In this document: positions 52,101 to 63,459 of the stretch, piece by piece | Layout of the letters: the number at the start of each line of letters is the position of its first letter | How positions within the stretch are numbered: the stretch's first letter is position 1 | DNA from: Chiloscyllium plagiosum | Taxonomy: Eukaryota | Direction of reading: 5' to 3' | Length of the DNA stretch: 64,000 nucleotides | Assembly (NCBI RefSeq): GCF_004010195.1 | Contig: NC_057755.1 | Span: 11,470,441 to 11,534,440 of the forward strand | Notes under the pieces: model-generated | The model's database searches: none | The model's input: only the letters and a program-made list of their open reading frames with translations | What the model was told of the DNA's origin: nothing | Translations under genes and position numbers: made by a program

Positions 52101-54897
52101 GTTTCTGTAACTTCCAGATACGTGTAGTCCTCCAGCTCCCTCTCCACTCTGAACTTCACAGTGTCATTTTCTCTGTGAATCCAAGGAACGCGGGATCTTC
52201 AAGCTCGCACTCTACTCTGCTCCCTCATAGCGTCACTGTAAATGTGAATCCCCTTAAAACGTTGTCCTACAGTTCCCACACCAGTCTACTCCCTCACAGT
52301 TACACCATCTCTGTGACGTTTAGGTACGTGTAATCCTCCAAATCACACTCCACTCTGCTCCACCACAGCCGTATCTTCTCTGTGACTTCCAGGTGCATGT
52401 ATTCCTCTTGCATCTTTTCCATTCTGCTTTCTAATGTGGTCTCCATCTCTGTGATGCCCGGGAACATGTCAGCCCCGAGTTCCCATTCGCCTCTGCTCCT
52501 CACTGGGTCGCTGTCTGTATGACAGCCAGGTACGTGTCATCCTCAAGCTCACACTCCATTCTGCTCTCTCAAAGGCCATCATCTCTGTGATTCCCGGGAC
52601 AGTATGATCCTTCAGCCCCTACTCCAATAAGCTCGCTCACAGTTTCACCGTTTCTGTGACTTCCAGGTACATGTATCCTCGAGCTTTCACTCAACTCCAC
52701 TCCCTCATAGGGTCACTATCTCTGTGACTTCCAGTTACGTGTAATTCTCCAGCTCACAATCCACTCTACTCCCCTACCGTCTCATCGTCTCTATGACTTC
52801 CATGTACATATAATCCTCCACCGTCCATTCCAATCTGCTCCATCACAGTCCACCATTTCTGTGAACTCCAGGTACGTGCAATCCTGAAGGTACCACTTCA
52901 CGCTGCTCCCTTTCGGGTCACCTTCTCTGGGACTCCCAGGTACATGTAATTCTCTAACTCACCTTCCACGCTGCTGCCTCAAAGAGTCACCGTCTCCATG
53001 CCTCCTGTAATGCTCCGGCTGCTATGGAATTCTGGTCTCTCACAGGCTTACCGTGACAGTGACTGCCAGATTTGTGTAATCCTTCAGCTCAATCTCTATT
53101 CTGCTCTCTCAAATGGTCAGCGTCACTGAGAGTCACAAGTACGTGTAATCATTCACCTCCATGTGCACTCTGTTCCCTCCAGGGACACCATCTCCATGAG
53201 TCCAAGGAACGCGCAATATTCCAGCTCATACTCCATTCTGCACCCTCATAGGGGCACGTCTCTGTGATTCCCAGGTCAGTGTAATCGCTCTGCTCCAGCT
53301 CCCAATTCACTCTACTCTCTGACAGAGTCACCATCGCTGTGACTTGCAGGTACGTGTAATCCTCCAGCTCACACTCCACACTGCTACCCACAGGCTCATC
53401 GTCTCTGTTACTCCCAGGCACACGTATTCCTAAATCGCCCATTTATTTCGGCTCCCTCACGTAATCCCCGTCTCTGTGACTCCCAGGAACGTGTAATCCT
53501 TGAGTTACCATTCCATTCTGCTCTTCACAGGATCACCGTGTCTGTGACTCGTGGGTAAGTGTAATCCCCCAGCTCACACTCCACTGTACTCCCTCACAGT
53601 GTCACCGTCTCTGTGGTTCCCGGGAACGTGATATCCCCCAGCTCTGGTCCCTCACAGTGTAACCATCTCTGCTACTTCCAGGTACGTGTATCCGTCCAGC
53701 TCCAACTCCACTCTGAACTTCACACTGACATCTTCTCTGTAACTCCCATTGTTTGTAATCCTCCAGCGCACACTCTACTCTGTTCCCTCACAGTTTCACG
53801 GTCTCTGTGACTCCCAGGTCCTTTTAACCCTCCAGTCCACCCCCCCCCATTCCACAATACTCCCTTACGGGGCACCGTCTCTGTGTATCCCAGGTCAGTG
53901 TAATCCCCCAGGTCCCACTCCACTCTGAATTCCAAATTGTCATCTTTTCTTTAACTTTCAGATGCATGTAATCCTCCAGGTCCCACTCCACACTGCTCCC
54001 TCACAGAGTCACAGTGTCTGAAACTCCAAGGTACATGTAATTCCCCCAGTCCCACTCCGTTCTAATCCCTCACAGGGTCACTGTCTCTCTGATTCCCAGG
54101 TACGTGCAACCCTGCTGCTCCCACTTCCCTCTGCTCGCTCACAAAGTCACAGTCTCTGTGACTCCAGGAATGTTTAATCCTCAATCTTCAACTCTATTCT
54201 GCTCATTCACAGTATTAACATCCCTCTGAATCACAGGTACATGTAATCCTCCACCTCCCAGTCCATTCTCATCCCTCACAGGTCCACCGTCACCATGATT
54301 CCCAAATACGAGCAATCATCCACTTTCCTCACTGGGACACAGTCTCTGTGAGTCTGTGGAACATGCAACCTTACAGCTCGCACTCCACTCTGGTACCTCA
54401 CAGGGTCACATTCTCTGTGACTCCCAGGTACGTGCAATCCTCTAGCTCCAACTTCACTCCACTCCCTCACAGGGTCACCCTTTCAGTCCTCCCAGATATG
54501 TGCAATCCTTGACTGTTATCCTCCCGCTCGCTCATACGATCAACGTCACTGTGAATCACATGTACGTGAAATCCTCCAGCTCCCACTTCAATCTAATCCC
54601 TCAAAGTTTCATCGTCTCTGTGAATCCCAGGTACGTGATTTCCTCCAGCTCCTACTTCATTCCACTCTCTCACAGCATCAACGCCTCTGTGATTTTCAGG
54701 TACGCGTAATCCTCCAGCTTCAGTTCCACTCTACTCCCTCAAATGATCACCGCCTCTGTGACTCCCAGGACTGTGTAATCTTCAGCTTCCACTCCATTCT
54801 GCTCCTTCACTTGGTCACCGTCTCTGTGAAAAACGATACGAACAATCCTCCAGCTCCCGCTCCATTCTGAGCTTCAGAGTGGCATCTTCTCTTTAAC

Positions 54898-55055
54898 CGG
54901 GGAGAAAGTGAGGGCTGCAAATGCTGGAGATCAGAGCTGAAAATGTGTTGCTGGAAATTCCCTTCCTGAAGAAGGGTTTATGCCTGAAACGTCGATTCTC
55001 CTGTTCCTTGGATGCTGCCTGACCTGCTGCGCTTTTCCAGCAACACATTTTCAGC
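54898..55055. mobile_element. Partly palindromic hammerhead/Penelope-derived insertion; 13-bp TSD
   Basis: Core from 54966; tcttctctttaac at 54885-54897 and 55056-55068. Confidence 0.88.
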
Positions 55056-57220
55056 TCTTCTCTTTAACTCCCAGGTACTTGTAATCCTCAAGCTCACACC
55101 CCACTCTGCTCCCTCACAGGGTCACGCCTCTCTAATTCCCAGGCAAGTGTAATCCTCGAGCTCTATTCCACTCTGTTCACTCACCGGGTCACCGACTCTC
55201 TGACTCCCAGATACGTATAATCCTCAGGCTCCCACTCCACTGCTCCCTCGCAAGGTCAATCTAACTGTGAACCCAGGTACGTTTAATCCTCCAACTCTCA
55301 CTTCTCTCCCTCAGAGACTCACCATCGCTGTGACTTGCAGGGATGTGCAATCCTCCAGCTCCCACTCTACTCTGTTCCCTCACAGGATCAACATCTCCGT
55401 GAATCCCAGGTTCGAGTAATCCCTCAGCTCCCACTTCAATCTGCTCCTTCACATGACCAAAATCTTTGTGATTCCAGGAACGTGTAATCCTGCAGCTCCC
55501 ATTCCACTTTGCTGCCTCACAGTTTCGCCTTCTCTGTAAATCCCAGGAACATCTAATCGTCAAGCCGGCGCTCCACTGAGCTCCCTCACAGAGTCATGTC
55601 TCTGTGATTCCCAGGTAAATGTAATCCTCAAGCTCCATCCCACTCTGCTCCCTCAAAGGCTCACCGTCTCTCTGTCTTCCAGGTACCTGTAATCCTCGGG
55701 CTCCCACACGAACTCTGCTCACACACCGTGTCTCTGTAACTGTGAATTTCAGGTACATATAATTCTCCAGGTACCACTCCGCTCTGCTCTTTCACAGTGT
55801 CGAAATCTCTGTGATTCTCAGGTACGTGTAATTCTCCATCTCACACTCTATTCTGCTCCCTCACAGTTTCGCCATCTCTGTGACTTCCAGGTATGTGTAA
55901 TCCTCCAGCTCCCACTCCAGTATGCTCCCTCACAGTGTCACCGTATCTCTCATTCCCAGGCACCTATAATCTTACAGCTCCCACTCCACTCTGCTCCTTC
56001 ACAGGGTCGCTGTCTCTCTTAATCCCACGTACGTGCATTCCTGCAGCTCCCAGTTTACTCTGCTGCCTCAAAGAGTCACCGTCTCTGTGACTTCCAGGTA
56101 CGTGTAATCGCCAAGCTCGCACTGCACTCTGCTACCTTACAAGGTCACATCTCTGTGATTCCCAAACATGTGTAATCCTCGAGTTCCAATCCACACTGAT
56201 CCCTCACAGGCTCAGTGTCTCTCTGACTTCCAGGTACCTCTGATCTTCTGGCTCCCACTCGACTCTGCTCCCTCACGGTGTGTCCTTAGCTGTGAATCTC
56301 AAGTACGTGTCATCCTCCCGCTCCCACTCACCTCTGCTCCCTCACAAGGTCTCCGTGACATCTAGGTAAGTATAATCTTCCCACACCCACTCCGCTCCGC
56401 TTCCTCATAGGGTCACATTCTCTGTGATTCCAAGCAGGTGTAATCCTCCAGCTCACACTCCATTCTGCTCCCGCACACTGTCACCATCGCTGTGATTTCC
56501 AGGTACGTGCGAATTCCAGCTCCCACTCCACTCTGAACCTCACAGTCGCATCTTCTCTGTAACTCTCAGGGACGTGTAATCCTCCCGTTCACACTCCACT
56601 CTGCTCCCTCACAGAGTCATCGTCTCTGTGAATCCCTGCTATGTGTGATCCTCAAGATTGCACTCCTTTATGCTCCCATCACAGGATCATGTCTATGTAA
56701 TTCCCAGATCAGTGTAATCCTCTACTTCACACTCCACTTACTCACTCATAGGGTCACCGTCTCTCTAACGCCCTTGTATGTGTAATCCACCAGCGCCCAT
56801 CCCACTCTGCTCGCTGACAGGTTCAGCATCTCTGTGACTCCAGATATTTGGAATCCTTCTGATGCCACTCTTTTCTTCTCCCTCAATTATTCGTTATTTG
56901 TAGTTACTTGTAATCCTGCAGCTGTCACTCTGCTCCCTCATAGGGTCACCGTCTTTGTGATTTCCATGTACATGTAATCCTCCAGCTCCCACTCCAATTT
57001 ACTCCCTCACAGTGTCACCATCTCTGTGATTCCCCGAGACGTGTAATGCTCCAGCTCCCACTCCACTCTGCTCCCTCACAGAGTAACCGTCTCTCTGACT
57101 TTCAGGTACGTCTAACCCTCCAGCGCCCACTCCACTCTGCTCTGTCACATTGTTGCAATCTCTCTCAATGCCAGGCCCGTGTAATCCCCCAGTTCCCACT
57201 CCACTCTGCTCTCTCATAGT

Positions 57221-57404
57221 GTACAAAATTTTTTAAAAAATCACACAACACCAGGTTATAGTCCAACAGGTTTAATCAGAAGCACTAGCTATTAGAGCGC
57301 CGCTCCTTCATCATGTGGTTGTACAATTAAAGCTGTTGGACTATAACCTGGTGTTGTATGATTTTTAACTTTGTACACCCCAGTCCAACGCCAGCATCTC
57401 CAAA
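57221..57404. mobile_element. Third Penelope-derived palindromic family with decayed hammerhead
   Basis: Arms aaaatcacacaacaccaggttatagtccaacag / ctgttggactataacctggtgttgtatgattttt; minus strand aTGATGAAGGAGCggcGCTCtaatAGCT. Confidence 0.75.
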
Positions 57405-60400
57405 CCCGCACAGGGTCACTGTCTCTGTGACTCCCACGTACATGCACTTCTGCAGCTTCCACTTCACTCTGTTGTCTCACTGAGTCATTGTCTTTGTGAC
57501 TACCAGGTACGTGTAATTCTCCAGGTCCCACTCCAATTTGCTCCCTCACAGTCTTTGTGACTCACAGGACTGCTGAAGCCTCAAGCTCCCACCCCATTCT
57601 GCTCCATCACAGGGTCAACATCTCTGTGAAGTCAGAACAGTCAGATTGAGAATTGTAATCGTCCAGCTCCCAACCCACACTGAACTCTCACAGGCTCAAT
57701 ATCTATGTGACTCCCAGATACGTGCAATCCTCAAACTCCCATAACACTACACCCTCACAGGGTCATCGTCTCTGTGGCTCCCAGGATAGTGTAAGCCTCC
57801 ACCTCCCATTCCATTCTGCACCCTCACATGGTCGCCATCTCTGGGAATTCCAGGTCCGTTTAATCCTCCATCTCCCAGTCCAGTCTGAACGTCACAGTGG
57901 CTCCTTCTCTGTAACTCCCAGGTGCGTGTTATCCTCCACCTCCCAGTCCAACCTGCTCCCCCGCAGCGTAACCACCTCTGCAACTCCCAGGTACCTGTAA
58001 TCCTGGAGGTCCTCTCCACTCTGACAGTCACCGTCTCTGTGACTCCCAGGAACATGTAATCACCAACCTCAGAGTCTAATCCGCTCCGTTACAAGTACAC
58101 CGTCTGTGTGAATCCCAGGAACGTGTCATCCTCCCGCTCTCACTCCCCTCTGCTGTCTCACAGAGTCACCATCTCTGTGACTTCCAGGTATGTGTAATCT
58201 TCCAGCTCGCACGCTATTCTACTCCCTCACGTAGTCACGGTCACTGTAAATCCCAGCAAAGTGTATTCCTCATGTTCCAGCTCCACTGTCCTCCTCTCAT
58301 GATCACCGTCTCTGTGACTCCCAAGTAAGTATAATTCTCCAGCTCATACTCCATTCTACTCCCTCACAGTGTCACCATCTCTGTGACTTCCAGGTACGTG
58401 TAATTCTCCAGCTCCCATTCCACTCTGAACTTCACAGTGGTACCTTATCTGTAACTCCTAGGTACATGTAATTATCCAGCTCCCACTCCACTCTGCTCTC
58501 TGACAGTGTCACCATCTACGTGATTTCCATGTACATGTGATCCTCCAGCTCCCACTCTGCTTTGCTCTCTCGCAGGGTTACAGTCTCTGTGACTTCCAGG
58601 GGTACGTATAATCCCATAGCTCCCACTGCATTCCTTTTCTTAACGTGGTCACGGTCTCTGTGACTCCCAGGGGCGTGTAATCCGCATGTTTCCATTCCAT
58701 TCTGTTTCGCACATGGTCACCGTCACTGTGATTCCCAGGTATGTGTAATCCTCCAGTCCACACTCTTTTCTGCTCCGTCACAGTTTCACCGTCTCCTCGA
58801 TTCTCAGGTGTGTGTAATCCTCCAGCTCCCACTCCACTCTACTCCCTTACAGGGTCATCGTCTTTGTGACTCCCAGGTGCACTTAATTCTACACCTGCCA
58901 GTCCGCTCTTCTCACTCACAGGGTCACGGTCTCTGTGAATCCTAGATACGTCTAATCCTCCAGCTACCATTCCACTCTTGTCACGCACAATTTCACTGAC
59001 TTCCTGATGCCCAAGTACGTGTAATCCTTTCGGTCAAACTCCGCTCTGCTCCCTCACACAGTGTCACTGTCTCTGTGATTTTCAGTTGGGTGTGATCTCC
59101 CGCTCCCAGTCCACTGTGCTCCCTCACAGCGTCACCATCTCGGTGACTTCCAGGTACGTGTAATCCTCCAGCTCCCACTCCATTCTGCTCCCTCATGTGG
59201 TCATGGTCTCTGTTACTGCCAGAATCATAATCATCGATTTGCCACTCCATTCTTCTCCTCACATCTCACCGTCCCCGTGATTCCTAATTACTTGTAATCC
59301 TCCACCTGACACTCTAATCTGCTCCCTCACAGTGTCACCGTGTCTGCAATTCCCAGATACAAGCAATCATCCAGCTCTCACTCCAATCTGCTCACTCACA
59401 AGGTAACCGTCTCGTGACTTCCAAGTACAGGTAATCTTCCAGCTCCCACTCCATTCTACTCCTCACAGTGTCAACGTCTCTGTAAATCTCAGATGCATGT
59501 AATCCTCAACCTTGTACTTCGCTCTGCTTCTTCACATGGTCACGTCTACTTCTTTCCCATGTAAGTGTGATCTTCGTGGTCCTATCCACGCTGCTTCCTC
59601 ACATGGTCACCGTTCCTCTATCTCCCCAGTATTTGTAATCCTCGAGCTCCCTCTCCACTCTGCTTCCTCAAATGTTCACCATAACTGTGACACCCCAGTA
59701 CGTGTAATCCTCCAGCTCCCAATATCATTCTGCTTGCTCACGTGGTCACAGTCTCTGTAACTCTCAGGCACATGTAATCCTCGATTCCCCACTCTTTTCT
59801 GCACCCTCACCATGTCACCGTCTCTGTGAATCCCTAGTCGTGCAATCCTCTAGCTCCCACTCCACTCTGACCTTCACAGTGCCAGCTTCTCTGTAACTCC
59901 CAAGTACGTGTAATCCTCCACCTCTCAGGCCAATCTGCTTCCTCGCAACGTCACCATCTCTGTGACTCCCAGGTACATGTAAGAGCTCCGCTCCACTCTA
60001 TTTCCTCCCACAGTCACCGCTCTGTGATTTCCAACACGCGTAATCCTCCACTTTGCACTACACTGTGATACCGCACTTGCTTACCATCTCTGTTACTACC
60101 AGGTGTGTGTAAACCTCCAGGTCCCACTCCACTGTGCTCCATCACAGGGTCACCGGCTCTGTGACTCCCAGGTACGTGTAATCCTCCAACTCCCGCTCCA
60201 TTCTGCTCCCTCAAGCTGGACCCTCTCTTTGACTCACAGGAATGTGTAATCATCGAGTTCCCACTCCATTCTGTTCCCTGACTGTGTCACCATCTCTGAT
60301 TCCCAGGGGCACATAGTCCTCTAACTCCCATTTCAATCTACTCCCTCGCACGTTAACCGTCTCAATGGCTTCCAGGTAATTGTAATCCTCCAGCTCCCAC

Positions 60401-63400
60401 TTCACTCTACTCCCTCACATGTTTACCATCTCTGTGACTCACAGTTACGTGTAATCCTCCAGCTCACACTCCACTCCACTCTACTCCCTCACATAGTGTC
60501 ACCATCTCTGTGACTCTCAGGAACGTTTAATGCTCTATCTCCCAATCCATTCTGCTCCCTCACAAGGTCAACATCTCTGTGAATTCCAGGTACGCATTTT
60601 CGTCTAGCTTCCAATGCACTCAGAACTCTCATCGGCTCAACGTTTCCATGACTCACAGGGACGTGTAATCCTTGAGCTCCCTCTCCACTCTACTCCCTTA
60701 TAGGATCACCATCACTGTGAATCCCACGATCATATAATCCTCCAGCTCCCACACCACTCTGATTATCACAATGCCATCTTCTCGGCAACTTCCGGGTACA
60801 TGTCATCTTCATCTTCCGTTCCAATCTGCTCATCGCAGGGTCATCGCCTCTGTGACTCCTAGGTACATGTAATCCTCCACCTCCTAATCCAATCTGCTCC
60901 CTCACAGGGTCACCTTCTCTGTGGTTCCCACATACGTCTAATCCTCCAGCTCCCACTCCACTGTGATCCTGGGCAGTGTCACCGTGTCTGTGACTCCCGG
61001 GTATGTGTAATCTCCCTGCTCCAACTCTGGCCTGCTCCCTCCAAACGGTCACCATCTCTGTGATTTCCAGTAATGTGTTATCCTCCAGCTCTCACGCCAG
61101 TCTGCTCCCTCACAGGGTTACCATCTCTGTGAATTCCAGGTGTGCGCAATCCTCTAGCTCCCACTCCATTCTGTTCTCTCACGTGGTCACGGGCAATGTG
61201 ACACCCAGAAAGGTGTAATCCCGAGTTCACACTCCATTCTTCTCCTCACATGTTCACCAACTCTTTGATTCCCAGGTACGTGTAAATCTCCAGCTCACAC
61301 TCCAATCTGCTCCTTCACAAGCTAACCGTCTCCATGACTTCCAGATATATGTAATCCTCCAGCTCCCACTCCTTTCTGCTCCGTCACAGGGTCACCATGT
61401 CTATGGCTTCTTGGTAGTGCAATCTTGCAGCTCCCACTTCACTCTGCTCCCTCCAAGAGTCACCATCTCTGTGATATCCTGGTCTGTGTATTCCTCAATC
61501 TTCCACTCCATTCTGCCTGCTCACGTGGTCACGGTCTCTGTGACTCACAGGAACGTGAAATCCTCGAATTCCCACTCCATTCTGCACCCTCACAGAGTCA
61601 ACGTCACTGTGAATCTCTGGTCCGTGTAATCCTCCAGCTCCCATTCTACTCTGACCTTCGATGTGGCATCTTCTCTGTAACTCCCAGGTACGTTTAATCA
61701 TCCCCCTCTCAGTCCAATCTGATTTCTCACAGCGTCACTGTTTCTGTGACTCCCTGCTACATGTAATCCTCGAGCACCACTTCAATCTATTCCCTCCCAG
61801 GTTACTGTGTCTGTGATTTCTGATACTTGTAAACCTCCAGCTCTCACTCCACTTTACTCCCTCACAGTGTCATCGTCTGTGAGACTCCAAGGTACGTGTA
61901 ATCTTCCAGCTCCCACTCGACTCTGCTCCTTCACAGGCCACAGTCTCTGTGACTCCCAGATCCGTGTACTCCTTGAGTTCCACTCCACGCTACACCCGCC
62001 CACAACTATCGTCTCTGTGACACCAAGGTCGATGAAATACTCAAACTCCCAGTCCAGTCTGCTTCCTCACAGGGTCACTGCCTCTCTGATTCTCAGGTAC
62101 GTATAATCCTCAGGATTCCTCTACACTCTGCTCACTTACAGAGTCACCGAATTGTTTATCCCAAGTATGTGTAATCATCCAGTTCCCACTCCATTCTGTT
62201 CCCTCACAAGGTCACGTTTTCTTGTGATTCCCTGGAACGTGTAATCCTCGAATGAATTCGCACTTCATTCTGCACCCTTACATGGACACCGTCTCCGTGA
62301 ATACCAGGTCTAAGTAATCCTCCAGCTCCCACTTCACTCTGACCTTCACAGTGGTATCTTCTCTGTAACTCCCAGGTACTGGTAATCCTACATTTCCCAG
62401 TACGATCTGCTTCCTCGCAACAGCACGTCTTTGTGACTCCCATGTAATCCTCGAGCTCAACTCCAGTCTTTTCCCTCCCAGGGTCACCGTCTCTATGGCT
62501 TCCCGGAGTGTATAAATCTCCAGCTTCCACGCCACTATGCACCATCACACTATCATCGTATCTCTAAGTCCCAGGTACGTGTAAACTTCCACCTTCCATT
62601 CCAATCTGCTCTCTCACAGTGTCACCGTCTCCGTACTCCCAGGTATGTGTAATCCTCCAGATCCCACACCGCTCTACTCTCTCACAGTGTTACTGTCTTT
62701 GTGAATCCCAGGTATGAGAACTTCTCCAACTCCCACTCCGCTCTATGCTCCCTCACAAATACATCATCACTTTGACTCCAAGGCACATTTCAGACTCGGA
62801 CTCCCACTCCACTCTGCTCCCTTGCAGGATCATCTTATCTCTGACTCTCCGGTATGTGTAATTCTCCAGCTCCCACTCCACTCTTCTCCCTCCCAGTATC
62901 ATCGTTTCTCTAACTCCCAGGTACGTGTAATCCTCCATTTCCCAATCAAATCTGCTCCCTTACAGGATCTCTGTGACTCCCAGGTATGTGTAATTCTCCA
63001 GCTCCTATTCCAGTCTGCTCCCTCGCAGTATCACCATCTCTGTGATTCCGAGGTTTGAGTAATTCACCAGCTCCCATGCAATCTGCTCTCTCACAGTGCC
63101 AGTGCCTCTGTGACTCCTATTTAGGACGGGGCCTCGATCCTCATTGCTGATTCTATCCTACATTGCTCCTCTGTAACTTCCAGGTATGAGTTTGCCTCAA
63201 TCTCCTGCTCCAAGTTGCTCGTTCATATGTTCACTTTCTCTGTGAGTCGTTTCTGATTTAGAGACCCCCGCTCTGGTGCATGTCCAACTTCACCTTCCAG
63301 TATTTCGACCCTTGTTGATGATTCATATACTCTGTCGCACTGTGCTGTCCAGTCTCAGGTTCTCTTCCTTTGTGATTCTCAGCTAATGGTAGGTGTCAAG

Positions 63401-63459
63401 CTTCAGCTGAGATTTATTTCATCCCATTCTGCACTGCTCCCTCACAGAACCATCGTTGT

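Larger units (their letters stand above)
29741..63450. repeat. Large diverged satellite array, 69-bp monomer, roughly 460-480 units
   Basis: Consensus GGTCACCGTCTCTGTGACTCCCAGGTACGTGTAATCCTCCAGCTCCCACTCCACTCTGCTCCCTCACAG recurs continuously; ORF track shows 23-aa periodic peptides in several frames on both strands. Confidence 0.97.

Noticed and set aside
29851..62938. Minus-frame peptide LEDYTYLGVT resembling the LINE RT 'YLG' motif, suggesting a LINE origin for the monomer
   Set aside because: Only a few residues of similarity in a frame with a consensus stop; cannot be supported without a profile search.
29741..63450. Array as an unspliced gene for a 23-aa repeat protein (HRLCDSQVRVILQLPLHSAPSQG or VREQSGVGAGGLHVPGSHRDGDP)
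   Set aside because: 69 is divisible by 3, but frequent indels, 68-bp subtypes, stops and TE insertions limit ORFs to under 200 aa, and similar ORFs occur in several frames on both strands.
29741..63450. CRISPR array
   Set aside because: Whole monomers are homologous with no unique spacers; no cas genes; vertebrate repeat context.
29741..63450. Array of immunoglobulin J segments or RSSs (GGTCACCGTCTC = VTVS, CACAGTG heptamers, splice donor)
   Set aside because: No W/F-G-x-G motif, no ACAAAAACC-like nonamer at 12/23 spacing, and the donor falls in phase 2 of the VTVS frame rather than phase 1.
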